DNA of 64,000 nucleotides from Candidatus Bathyarchaeota archaeon (GCA_963726255.1 CAVSBL010000002.1:384001-448000), one strand, 5' to 3'. Shown: positions 1 through 9,384, counted from the stretch's first letter. The notes: generated from the letters alone by a model not told the origin. Made by a program: numbers and translations.

Positions 1-263
1 CCGTCATAGTACCAGGAGGCCACCATCGTTTCGAAAGCAGCGTGCTTCCCATTGATTTCCACTGGGATTGTTGGCTCCCAACAATAGTCGTTCACACGGA
101 CTTTTCTGCAATTTCGGGTGCCCCAAAGGATCATGAGCTGTTTCGGGAATTCGGGGGCATCAGGGTTTTCGAAAAAGTGAATCCACCACCACCAGTGCCA
201 CGTGCGGTTCTTGAGCATGTTTTCAGGATAGATTCTCCAGATATCATCGAAGACTTTGTGCAT
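1..263 (-). CDS. Hypothetical protein, 5' part only (runs off the window edge)
   Basis: Manual translation MHKVFDDIWRIYPENMLKNRTWHWWWWIHFFENPDAPEFPKQLMILWGTRNC... is open to position 1; not in the ORF track; start could be slightly upstream. Confidence 0.6.
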   Translation of the reverse strand, partial: MHKVFDDIWRIYPENMLKNRTWHWWWWIHFFENPDAPEFPKQLMILWGTRNCRKVRVNDYCWEPTIPVEINGKHAAFETMVASWYYD

Positions 264-445
264 GGAGGTCTGCAAATCAGACGGCCTCAGCGTTAATTGG
301 ATATGTGAACGTTTTGCGGATGTATCGGTTATCAATGGATAGTATGTTCAGTAAGGTGGATTCAGCCGTGTCAGATACCGGCGGACGAGCCTTCGTTTCG
401 TAGAATCTACTTAGCCCATATATGGGGGACCTGATCCGCAAGGCG

Positions 446-967
446 TTACCTCTGGAGTTCGAAAACGAATTCTTGGGCTCCCGCGAGAACAATCAACGCA
501 TGCATGGAGCCAGGCGTAGGCGATGAGACGCCTAGGAAAAGCGTAACGAACCCATTAGGCTGAATTGTGGGTAGGTTCCCGCCCCCGGTGAACATGTTCC
601 AGCGGTAACTAGCCGGGAACACAATATCGTTTGAAGTGATCGAAAGGTTTCCTTGTGGCTTAGCTCCGATAATTGTGGGATCCGTTGGCGATCCAACTGT
701 TCCTTTTGTGAGTTTCACATTGTCGAAGTAAATTGCAGTTATGTTCAGAGGGCTCGTACCTCTGTTCCATAGCGTGACTGAGACTTGCACGAGATCTCTG
801 TTGAAATTGTAGCCCACTAATTGCAGGCCCGAGACATCGGGCAACGAGGATTCGAGTGATGAGCGGTGGCTGGTGAGCCATACGGGCACGATCTGAGTTT
901 GTGTGAAGGCCACCATTATGACGAGGAGTATGAGCGGTGTAATTAGGGCTAAGTGTTTATCGTTCAT
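446..967 (-). CDS. Membrane-anchored extracellular beta-rich (Ig/pilin-like) protein
   Basis: Start MNDKHL at 967 overlaps the upstream stop (ATGA); N-terminal hydrophobic helix; VTLWNRGTSPLNITAIYFD resembles archaeal pilin/CARDB-like strands. Confidence 0.6.
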   Translation of the reverse strand: MNDKHLALITPLILLVIMVAFTQTQIVPVWLTSHRSSLESSLPDVSGLQLVGYNFNRDLVQVSVTLWNRGTSPLNITAIYFDNVKLTKGTVGSPTDPTIIGAKPQGNLSITSNDIVFPASYRWNMFTGGGNLPTIQPNGFVTLFLGVSSPTPGSMHALIVLAGAQEFVFELQR

Positions 968-1941
968 TTGTCTTCCTCCATCGTTTTGCCAGCCTTCCAA
1001 ACCCCCACTACTTCCTTCAAGACGAGTGCATATACGCACCACACAGATAGAACAACGATCAAACCCAATGTTACGATGATCAATGAATGGACGGGTAGGA
1101 TACCCGCGAGTCGAAGGTCGACGCTTGGTGCTTGTCCGTTGACGTAAGGGGTCTCAAGGGTTGGTTCGGTTTGCCAAGGCGGAGGATAGAACGAGGTTGA
1201 GGTCTGGCTCTGCAAGTATTGACCGCTGCCGGCAAAGTGTGCTGTCACAACGATTGCTCTAGGGGCAGTCAACGGAAAGGAAAGTTTGGCTGTTCCATCG
1301 GAGCCAGTCGTATTCTGGCCCATCTTCACTGGTCCAAAGTCGCTGCTTACAGAGAATTCCACGATTGCACCAGATATCGGGGCCCCGTTTTTGTTGGCAA
1401 GAAATACTGAGACGGTGATGACATTTCCACGTGCTGCGACATCTAACTGGCTAAGGTTAGTTGAGACGGGTGCTGTCCGCGTTGAAGCGCTCACGACGAG
1501 GAAGCCCTGCTGCAGGTTCTCCATGCCGAAGCATGGAATAATGCAATAAAACTGAAAACTCCCAACTTGACTTGCAGTAAAGTTCACTTCCTGCACCGGT
1601 ATCAGTTTATCAATATTGCCCGTCACAATATTGTATCCGCCAATTATCATCTTGTGAGGGTTATCGAAGGAGAGGTCTTGGTCGGCATAGAGGAACCGGA
1701 TATCGACTCGATCGCCCTGAGTTACCTGAAGGTAGAATGGGTTAGATGAGCCGTTAAACCCTGAGGAGCTGACGAGGACTGTGAAATACCTAACTCCTGT
1801 TTCGTTGCTGCTTGGCGTAAGGTTGAAGACCGTGAGGTTTCCGGAAATGTCCGTTGATAGACCCGGCGGTGCTGTTGCATTTGCGAATTGGAGGATTAAG
1901 AAAAATGTGACCAGCGCAACTAAAGCAACCGTGCCACGCAC
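964..1941 (-). CDS. Secreted cupredoxin-domain + Ig-like-domain membrane protein
   Basis: Signal peptide; cupredoxin-like segment (VTQGDRVDIRF...PH...GSFQFYCIIPCFGM); Big_1-like segment (GAPISGAIVEF...TGSDGTA); C-terminal TM helix. Confidence 0.7.
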   Translation of the reverse strand: MRGTVALVALVTFFLILQFANATAPPGLSTDISGNLTVFNLTPSSNETGVRYFTVLVSSSGFNGSSNPFYLQVTQGDRVDIRFLYADQDLSFDNPHKMIIGGYNIVTGNIDKLIPVQEVNFTASQVGSFQFYCIIPCFGMENLQQGFLVVSASTRTAPVSTNLSQLDVAARGNVITVSVFLANKNGAPISGAIVEFSVSSDFGPVKMGQNTTGSDGTAKLSFPLTAPRAIVVTAHFAGSGQYLQSQTSTSFYPPPWQTEPTLETPYVNGQAPSVDLRLAGILPVHSLIIVTLGLIVVLSVWCVYALVLKEVVGVWKAGKTMEEDK

Positions 1942-1942
1942 C

Positions 1943-3871
1943 TTAGAGCGCCTCCATCGATTCTGCGATCTTCATCATCTCGTTAATCGTGCTGTTAGCG
2001 AATATGGCATAACGGACCCCGTTTCTCCACCATTGAAGTTGGCCAGGCTCAATTACACCACCCGAGACTTGGCTTGGCTCTCTTGCGAAGCCAATGTTTC
2101 CCGCGACATTAACTCGTGTAAATTCAGATGGCAAATAGGCTGGAGAAGTGACATTAAGCGAGTCCTCCGCTTGGATGATGACGAATGCTACATCTTCACT
2201 GTACAGGGAAAGTGGCCTAGTCAACGGATTCTCGTAAATTAACGACACGATATGATCGTCTCCGGAAACCCTCACATCCTTCAGCTGGCTTCCTAGCGGA
2301 AATTCAATTGGCTTTGAAATTGAGAACCCGACAGTTTTCCTTGCTTCGGCGAGCGAGACACTTAGTCCGAGGTTCGACAAAGGCACTACAGGTATGGAAG
2401 AACGATTTCCGTTCGAGTTCAGTGATTTAATTGGAAGTTGTATTGGAGCAAATCCCAATGCGAAACCCGCGATTGCAAGTGATCCGTATTTCAGAAAGCT
2501 TCTCTTGGACACAGCGATTGACGATTTAGGCTTAGTTTGCAGTGCCAACCCAGTTGACTTTGCCGAGAAAGCTGTTGCACTTGTCTCACTTGGCTCTTGT
2601 GTTTCCCAGATTGAGATTACCGGGAACAGGTGACTGAAGGTGAGGTAGATGAGAGTGAAACCCGCGAAGGTGCCGGCGACAATCGAGAGTTCCACCCAAG
2701 TCGGTACGTACGATCCCGATGAGTAACTTAGCTGTGGAAGAGCTAGAGTTGGTACAATAATGTTGAAGCGTTCAATCCACATCCCAACGTCGACAAGCAG
2801 AGATGCGACGAGATATCCGGTTAGAGTTCTTGTGCGAGGTAGCCCTATCAGAAATGCTGGAATCACGAGTCCGCCGATGAGTTGAACCCAGAAGAATGTC
2901 GCGTACTGACCCCAGAGCAGGGACGCCATCCATTGTCCTTCAGGGCTTGATGAATCGAAGAACTTGTAACCGGGGACAAGATTCTCGTTTATCGTGAAGT
3001 AGATGACGATGATGTCAAGGGCTATCAGGAGTTTTCCGAGATTATCAAAGTGGCGTTTTGTTATATAGGCGTCTAAATGGTAGAACTTGGTGAGAAAAGC
3101 CATCACCAAAATTACGGTTGCTACGCCAGACAACAATGCTCCCGCCACGAAGTAGGGGCCGAATATTGTGCTGTTCCAACCCGTCCTGAACAGCATTGCA
3201 AAATCCCAAGATACGACCGTGTGTACCGAGATGGCGATGGGTATAATGATGATCGACATCATCTTAATCGCCTTCTCAAGGTGACTCCACTGGTCAGATG
3301 AACCGTTCCAGCCTAAGGAGAGCCTCCCGTAAAGCCACCTGCGAAACTTAGACGCGTCTTCCAATTTGTCCCTGCATGATGCGATGTCTGGAATCATAGG
3401 GAGATACAAGAAGATGGTGCTCCCGATCATGTAAGTCCCGATTGCCATAAAGTCCCAAGTTAACGGGGACTGAAGTCTAGCGAACACAATCGTGTTCAAC
3501 AATCTATCTGGCCTTCCGAGATCGGTTAGTGGCATCATGACCGCCATCATCAATGACGCGAAGGTGACTATTTCGGCAATCCTAGTGATTGGTTTCCTCC
3601 ATTCCGCGTTTGTGAGTCGAAGGATTGCGGACATCAAGGCGCCGACATGGCTTATGCCTATGAAGAAGACGAAGTTGATTATGTAGAACGCCCATGACAC
3701 GACGGACCTCATTCCCGTAACTCCCAGTCCAGTCGTCACCTGGACATAGTATGCGTAAACCCCCCACAGAGCAACGGCGAGAAGCGAGCTTCCTAGGGCA
3801 TAGGAGGACGAAGAGTGGTTCTTGACTGGTCCGAAAAGTATGTCGCTCTTCGAGGTCGAACTTGAGCTCAC
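1943..3871 (-). CDS. NrfD/PsrC-family (ActC/QrcD-like) quinol-interacting membrane subunit with C-terminal extra domain
   Basis: WAFYIINFVFFIGISH, DLGRPDR, SPLTWD, SVHTVVSWDF, STIFGPYFVAGA, WIERFNIIVP motifs; about 10 TM helices. Confidence 0.9.
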   Translation of the reverse strand: MSSSSTSKSDILFGPVKNHSSSSYALGSSLLAVALWGVYAYYVQVTTGLGVTGMRSVVSWAFYIINFVFFIGISHVGALMSAILRLTNAEWRKPITRIAEIVTFASLMMAVMMPLTDLGRPDRLLNTIVFARLQSPLTWDFMAIGTYMIGSTIFLYLPMIPDIASCRDKLEDASKFRRWLYGRLSLGWNGSSDQWSHLEKAIKMMSIIIIPIAISVHTVVSWDFAMLFRTGWNSTIFGPYFVAGALLSGVATVILVMAFLTKFYHLDAYITKRHFDNLGKLLIALDIIVIYFTINENLVPGYKFFDSSSPEGQWMASLLWGQYATFFWVQLIGGLVIPAFLIGLPRTRTLTGYLVASLLVDVGMWIERFNIIVPTLALPQLSYSSGSYVPTWVELSIVAGTFAGFTLIYLTFSHLFPVISIWETQEPSETSATAFSAKSTGLALQTKPKSSIAVSKRSFLKYGSLAIAGFALGFAPIQLPIKSLNSNGNRSSIPVVPLSNLGLSVSLAEARKTVGFSISKPIEFPLGSQLKDVRVSGDDHIVSLIYENPLTRPLSLYSEDVAFVIIQAEDSLNVTSPAYLPSEFTRVNVAGNIGFAREPSQVSGGVIEPGQLQWWRNGVRYAIFANSTINEMMKIAESMEAL

Positions 3872-4686
3872 GTACTTGTACCTCCTCTGGGTGGAAGGTA
3901 TAGGACGCTTGGGCTCGTGCCCAACTCATCTTTGAACCGGTAAGCCCCTCTTCCCTGAATCATGGTGCTCAATCTGGCAGTATCTACACCATTGCTCACA
4001 ACATCCTGAGCCGCATCACCGAACCAAAGCGCCTTCATTCCTGCCCTTGTGCAGGCTTCAACACAGGCAGGCACCATACCCATCTTGGTTCGATGTCTGC
4101 ACCAGACGCATTTTTCAGCAACGCCTCTCCTGTGAGGGATGTTGTAATCAGGCGAATATGGTATCTTCTTCTCCTCTTCGGTGACCGGAGGATCGTACCA
4201 GTTGAAGAATCTCCGCTCATAGGGACATGATGCTAGGCATATTCTGCAGCCTATGCATCTATTTTGATCTATCAGTACGATGTTGTCTTCGCTATAGTAA
4301 GTCGCCCCGACGGGGCAGACTTTTGTGCAGGGCGAATTCTGACAGTTCTGACAAGGAACTGGCATGTGGGTCCCGTCAGCGAGATCGAAGACTTGTATCC
4401 ATGGCTGCTTGCCCTCATAGTTTGGCTCTCCCCAAGCAGGTGGGACGTGCATCTCCGTGTGACAGCCTTCGGTGCATTTTCTACAGCCGTCACATTTGTC
4501 CAGGTCAATTACCCAGATGTATCGTCTTCCAGGTTCATTCCCTGTAGCCTCATTTCCCGGCGCTTGTGAACTGACGGGCTCGAACCCATTTAGAAGAGAA
4601 GAAAATACGAAACCGGCCGTAGCGATGGCCGTGCCCTTCAGCAATTGCCTACGCTCAACCTTCAATCGTTTCCTCGACATTATCAT
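3868..4686 (-). CDS. Tat-exported multi-4Fe-4S protein (NrfC/PsrB/QrcC/ActB2-like)
   Basis: ERRQLLK twin-Arg signal; CDGCRKCTEGC, CQNCQNSPCTKVC, CIGCRICLASC, CVWC...CVEAC. Confidence 0.92.
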   Translation of the reverse strand: MIMSRKRLKVERRQLLKGTAIATAGFVFSSLLNGFEPVSSQAPGNEATGNEPGRRYIWVIDLDKCDGCRKCTEGCHTEMHVPPAWGEPNYEGKQPWIQVFDLADGTHMPVPCQNCQNSPCTKVCPVGATYYSEDNIVLIDQNRCIGCRICLASCPYERRFFNWYDPPVTEEEKKIPYSPDYNIPHRRGVAEKCVWCRHRTKMGMVPACVEACTRAGMKALWFGDAAQDVVSNGVDTARLSTMIQGRGAYRFKDELGTSPSVLYLPPRGGTST

Positions 4687-4741
4687 TCCTCAAGGAAACA
4701 TGAGAGCGCGATCATAATTCTCTGACTTCATTGATCTGATG

Positions 4742-5376
4742 TTACCCGACAATTACGTATCCATTCATGTAACCTACGAGCCCCATTCCCGGTCCGCAAG
4801 GAGTCTCACACATGTACTCGTACACTCCTGGTACGATGAAGGTATACGTGAAGGTGACAATCGTGTCTGGAGGTATCGGGATGTCAATGTTGAGGCTGAG
4901 AACAGAGAATGTGTGGCTTATCTCAAGTGGAGAAATTGCTTGTCCTTGAGAGTAATGAGATACGACCTGTCCGCTATCGGTGTTATTGTAAATAGTGAAC
5001 TCTACCGAAGCGTTGCCTGTGTAGTTTTCGAGGACTGCGGTATCTAAGTTGGTAATTACGAATGTAACTGGGACACCCAACGGTATTGTTAGATTGTTGT
5101 TACTTGGTCCTGGACCGGATGCGTTCGTTCCTCGCGGGGTGCGGTACCATTTGCATACGAGGGGATTATGAATGCGTCGTAGCCGCCTCCACCCCAATCA
5201 GGAACGATATCAAGATTGACTACTTTCACGGGCGCGGATTCAACGGGTAGGCTTACACTCGTTGTCTGAGATGGGGTTTTAGCTCCGAATGAATTCATGC
5301 TTCCCCCAATCCAGCCCGCGGTAAGGCCCATCAACAGAATTCCGATAAACAGGACAGCCTCTAGTGAGCTCCTCAA
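4742..5376 (-). CDS. Membrane-anchored cupredoxin; reading frame broken at 5136-5139
   Basis: Two overlapping ORFs join if one base is added to the G4 run at 5136-5139; N-terminal TM; SHTF...PGVYEYMCETPCGPGMGLVGYM; start inferred at TTG 5376. Confidence 0.75.
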
Positions 5377-5450
5377 TCTGCTGTAACGCCTCTCGCTGCG
5401 GCAACCGAGAGTGAACCCTGCTGGAATCTGACTTATATGGGAGAGCACGT

Positions 5451-5479
5451 TTTCCAACAATGACTTCCAGGTTTGGAAA
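5451..5479. promoter_or_regulatory. Candidate operator: 7-bp inverted repeat between divergent genes
   Basis: TTTCCAA-N15-TTGGAAA just downstream of TATA-like TTATAT (~5433). Confidence 0.3.
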
Positions 5480-5491
5480 TCAGGTTTTCTC

Positions 5492-5854
5492 ATGCGAGTA
5501 GACGATGAGGATCACAAGAAGGCGGTGATCCGGACCTTGTTGGATGATCACTCAAGGCTAATACTGCTATCGTCTATGCTCGTTCCTAAATCGGTGGTTG
5601 ACATCACACGCGAGCATAGTATTCCAATGACATCCGCTTATAGGAAGGTTAAGGAGCTCAAAGAGTTCGGGTTGCTGAAAGTCGACCGCATTGTGTTGAC
5701 CGAGGATGGCAAGAAGTACGAGCTGCTAAAGAGCACGATACGATCGGCTAGTGTCCAATTCAGCAAGGGGATGTTGGACGTGGATGTAACGGCAAACGTC
5801 GAAGCAGACGAGAAACTCGTGAAACGGTTCTTTGCACTTAAAGAGGTGAAATGA
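5492..5854 (+). CDS. Winged-helix (ArsR-like) transcriptional regulator
   Basis: LLDDHSRLIL...PKSVVDI...IPMTSAYRKVKELKEFGLL...DGKKY archaeal wHTH pattern. Confidence 0.85.
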   Translation: MRVDDEDHKKAVIRTLLDDHSRLILLSSMLVPKSVVDITREHSIPMTSAYRKVKELKEFGLLKVDRIVLTEDGKKYELLKSTIRSASVQFSKGMLDVDVTANVEADEKLVKRFFALKEVK

Positions 5855-6132
5855 CGATGCAAGAAATCTACATACTTCGATCCTTCAAACTAGTAATAGT
5901 TCTTCTGGGCGCCGTCCTAATCTATTTGGGACTCAAGGGTTACCGTCGGAACCAAAGCCAGGAAATGATATTCTTAACGCTCGGATTCGCGCTGATTACC
6001 GCAGGCTCAGTCGCGGCAGGCGTGCTGTTCGAATTCCTTGGATTCCAACTGGTTGACGTAGAGATAGTGGAGTCTGCAATGGTCATCCTCGGGTTCGCTT
6101 CATTGATTTACTCAATTTATGGATTCGACTGA
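5851..6132 (+). CDS. Small 3-TM membrane protein of the type that follows archaeal wHTH genes
   Basis: YLGLKGYRRN..MIFLTLGFALIT...GFASLIYSIY; ATGA coupling to the wHTH gene. Confidence 0.75.
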   Translation: MTMQEIYILRSFKLVIVLLGAVLIYLGLKGYRRNQSQEMIFLTLGFALITAGSVAAGVLFEFLGFQLVDVEIVESAMVILGFASLIYSIYGFD

Positions 6133-6400
6133 CTTGACTGATCTCTTCGAATTTGCAAGCTTCCTTCTCATGCTCTACACAGCTGGAATTTCACTCTACA
6201 TTACCAAGCGAGCAACACGAGTGGGCTGGCGTTACCTCTTCCTCTCCTTTTTGTTGTCTTTGATGGTTCTTTTCCATGGCTTTCATCATCTCTTCGCCTT
6301 CATCGAGTACCCGTTCATGGAGCAAGCTTTCGAATTCGGTGCATCAGTTTCAGCGCTTTCCCTAGCGGTCGTCTACGTTTACGTGTGGAGCCATGGCTGA
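6119..6400 (+). CDS. Small 3-TM membrane protein with HGFHH motif
   Basis: Three hydrophobic segments; overlaps both neighbours. Confidence 0.7.
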   Translation: MDSTDLTDLFEFASFLLMLYTAGISLYITKRATRVGWRYLFLSFLLSLMVLFHGFHHLFAFIEYPFMEQAFEFGASVSALSLAVVYVYVWSHG

Positions 6401-6686
6401 AACAATGTCGCAGTTGATCGCTCAGGCCACATTAGTCATATTTACATTAGCTGCATTGGTCTTCGCATTCCAAGCTATTCGCCAAAGAAGAGCAAGGGAG
6501 CTTTCGCCATCGAGTTTCCCAACCCTTCTCCTTCTGATGATAGTTGGCTGGATAGCTACGGAAGGGGTCACTGACGCTAGCGGAACTTCACTTGGAGCAG
6601 CAGGAGAATGGGCACACCTAGCAGTGATGGCCCTATTTGCCGCAGCTATAACCTTGCAATTGAAGCGCTCCCGTAAGGAAACCTAA
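6393..6686 (+). CDS. Small 3-TM membrane protein
   Basis: Three hydrophobic segments; overlapping start. Confidence 0.7.
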   Translation: MAETMSQLIAQATLVIFTLAALVFAFQAIRQRRARELSPSSFPTLLLLMIVGWIATEGVTDASGTSLGAAGEWAHLAVMALFAAAITLQLKRSRKET

Positions 6687-6881
6687 ACAGTCTCAACTTT
6701 TGCGACGAAGTTGCATAAAGCGTGCACAAGACATGATTCTTGACCTACGAGACCTCACGGAGGCGTCCTAAAGGTTCCTTTTCGGTTGGGGAAGAGTATT
6801 CGCTAATGCTTCGTGTCGAGGGAGCTGGAAGTCAAGCACACGACTTATCTTCTGGTTGACCTCGACGTATCGCGGTTGACA

Positions 6882-7214
6882 TTGCACAAAGTGAACGTGA
6901 GTATTGTGCCCGATGCTCCTGTTACGGAGGAGGATTCTAAGGGAGCAAGGATAAAGTGGCTCATCAATGAGAAGGATGGAGCTCCGACCTTCCTAATGCG
7001 CCAGTTCACTGTTGAACCAGGAGGCTTCACTCCTTATCACAAGCACGACTGGGAGCACGAGGTGTATATCCTCGAAGGCCAAGGCAAGGTTCGATACGAA
7101 GGCCGCGAAGAGCGAATCCAACCGGGGGACGCCATCTTGATTCCGCCTGGCAAGACGCATCAATTCCAAGCTGGTGCAGAGACGTTGAAGTTCCTCTGCC
7201 TAGTGCCCAAATGA
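6882..7214 (+). CDS. Cupin-2 domain protein
   Basis: PGGFTPYHKHDWEHEVYILEG...PGDAILIPPGKTH; start inferred at TTG 6882. Confidence 0.9.
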   Translation: MHKVNVSIVPDAPVTEEDSKGARIKWLINEKDGAPTFLMRQFTVEPGGFTPYHKHDWEHEVYILEGQGKVRYEGREERIQPGDAILIPPGKTHQFQAGAETLKFLCLVPK

Positions 7215-7265
7215 ATGACGCAGGAAAATTGGTGCGAGTACTAACGTAGCTAGTTGATTTTTCGT

Positions 7266-9287
7266 TTACTGGCTCCTTAGAGTCATTGATTCGAGTGGGA
7301 TAGGTGTTTCGCGTAGTCTTTTCCCCACAATCTTCTCTATCGCCCGTATTGCCGCGGGTGGAACACCCATGGTCGGGCTCTCTCCTACTCCCTTCGCCCC
7401 GTGTGGAAGAGGGGATGGGATGTTGGCAAGTTTGACAACGACATTAGGCATTGTCAATGCACTTGGTATTCCTGCGTCTGCTATGGTAGCCGTTAGGAGC
7501 TGTCCATCTTCGTTGTACTTCGCCTCTTCAGTCAACGTTTGACCTATGCCCTGCGCAGATCCGCCAATGACTTGGCTCTCAATCATGGCCGGGTTAAGCG
7601 CTCGACCAACATCATAGTAAGCGATGCATTCTTTCAATCTCACAGTTCCAGACTTGTCTAGGTAGGCTGTTACGAGGTTCGCCCCGAACGCGTTCAGCTG
7701 ATCCTTCTGAGAAGTGAAAACTGTCACATCGAACTCGTGCCTCAACAGATCTTCAGGGGAGTACTTTCCAAGTCTCGTGGCGGCCTCATTCTTGATCTTC
7801 CGTGACGCTTCAACGAGCGCCGCTCCTCCTACAACTGTTGTTCTGCTCCCCCAGGTTCCCACACCTTCGTTCAGTTCGTCGGTATCAGACTTCTCGACTT
7901 CGATAACGGATTGAGGAACGCCCAGCTCCTCACTCACCAGGATTCGGGCGAACACGTCGTGCCTCTGCCCATGCGAGCTGCCTCCCATCCACACCTTGAC
8001 CCTCCCCTGCTTCACGGCGATTCTGGCGGATTCTCCAGGCTGCGCGGCTGGGATGAGTACGAAGCACGAGAAGCCAACACTCTCGCTTTCCCTTATGTCA
8101 TAATAACCCAGCTCCTTCACCGCAGATTCAAGAAATGGTTTGAAGGGATCAAGCTTCAGACCGAGCGGAGAAACAAACGAGTCGGCACTTGCATTTCTTA
8201 GCCTCACTTCCACGGGATCCATTTTCAATTCGTCGGCAACAAGGTCCATCATTCGTTCGATGAACATGGCCGCTTCGGGTCTTCCAGCCCCTCTGTAGGG
8301 ACCCAGCGGAACCTTGTTAGTGTACACCGATTTCGCGTCAACAAAAACGTTCTGAATCGCGTACGGTCCAGTTATCTGAAACCCTATCCACCTTGGAGCA
8401 AACTCCCCCATGCCATGAGCGTAAGCGCCTGCATCTATCAGCAGCTCAGTCTTCAGGCCGAGGACCTTCCCTGTCCTATCTGCGAAGATTCTCATCTTCG
8501 CTCGGGCGCCTCTACCTTGATTTGTCGCTGTCAAGTGTTCCATGCGAGTCTCAATCCACTTCACAGGTCTTCTCGTTTTCATAGAGGCGTGGCATGCGAT
8601 CACGTATTCTGGGTAGCTGTCTCCCTTGCTGCCAAATGCGCCCCCAGTGTCCATCTGAATGACTCTCACTGAACGCGGGCCTAGTCCCAGCGACTCGCAC
8701 AACCCCTCTTTCCATGAGTACACAGACTGGGTTGAAGCCCACACAGTAAGCCGCGAACCGTCATAGTGCACCACAATTCCTCGAGGTTCCAACGGGTTGG
8801 GGGATATTCTCCTATTCAACAACGTGTCTTCAAGAACGAGAGGCGCGTTGGGCAGATTGAATTCCTTCCCAAGTTGGAAGGCTGCGAGGATGTTCGAGTC
8901 CGTTCCCGGATGGATCGGGGGTGAGACGAGCGCTTCTTCCGGGTCGATTACAGGATTCAAAGGCTCGTAGTCTACTTCCACCTCGTCCATCGCATCGACG
9001 GCTTTGTACAAATCCTCCCCTAACACAGCTGCGACAGGTTGGCCAACGTAATTCACGTAATCCGCGGCAAGCACAGGCAGGATAGCTCCGGATCCCTCTG
9101 AGGCTCCCTCCCCCACCGAAGCCATAGTTGCCTTGAGTTCTGAATGATTGATTCCGCCCTTGACCTTGAGCAGTTTAGCTCGTGCGTGAGGACTGCGCAC
9201 AATCGCCAAATGTAACATGTGGGGCAAGCGGAGGTCGCTTACGAACTGCCCGCGCCCTTCGACAAGTTTCCTTGACGAGTCTTCCAT
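7266..9287 (-). CDS. Xanthine dehydrogenase-family molybdopterin-binding large subunit (CoxL form II / CutA-like)
   Basis: RSPHARA, GGAFGSK, PYRGAGRPEA, GTWGSR, GAKGVGE motifs; start inferred at 9287. Confidence 0.92.
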   Translation of the reverse strand: MEDSSRKLVEGRGQFVSDLRLPHMLHLAIVRSPHARAKLLKVKGGINHSELKATMASVGEGASEGSGAILPVLAADYVNYVGQPVAAVLGEDLYKAVDAMDEVEVDYEPLNPVIDPEEALVSPPIHPGTDSNILAAFQLGKEFNLPNAPLVLEDTLLNRRISPNPLEPRGIVVHYDGSRLTVWASTQSVYSWKEGLCESLGLGPRSVRVIQMDTGGAFGSKGDSYPEYVIACHASMKTRRPVKWIETRMEHLTATNQGRGARAKMRIFADRTGKVLGLKTELLIDAGAYAHGMGEFAPRWIGFQITGPYAIQNVFVDAKSVYTNKVPLGPYRGAGRPEAAMFIERMMDLVADELKMDPVEVRLRNASADSFVSPLGLKLDPFKPFLESAVKELGYYDIRESESVGFSCFVLIPAAQPGESARIAVKQGRVKVWMGGSSHGQRHDVFARILVSEELGVPQSVIEVEKSDTDELNEGVGTWGSRTTVVGGAALVEASRKIKNEAATRLGKYSPEDLLRHEFDVTVFTSQKDQLNAFGANLVTAYLDKSGTVRLKECIAYYDVGRALNPAMIESQVIGGSAQGIGQTLTEEAKYNEDGQLLTATIADAGIPSALTMPNVVVKLANIPSPLPHGAKGVGESPTMGVPPAAIRAIEKIVGKRLRETPIPLESMTLRSQ

Positions 9288-9384
9288 AGAGACCAGCTTG
9301 CCTGATGCTATCAATAACTCTTCGGCGGGTGCTCTATCCGACAAATCTTTAAAACGCTTCTTCGGTCTGCCCAGAAGAACAACT

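Noticed and set aside
7266-9287. Aerobic form I CO dehydrogenase
   Set aside because: The active-site loop is PYRGAGR, not AYxCSFR.
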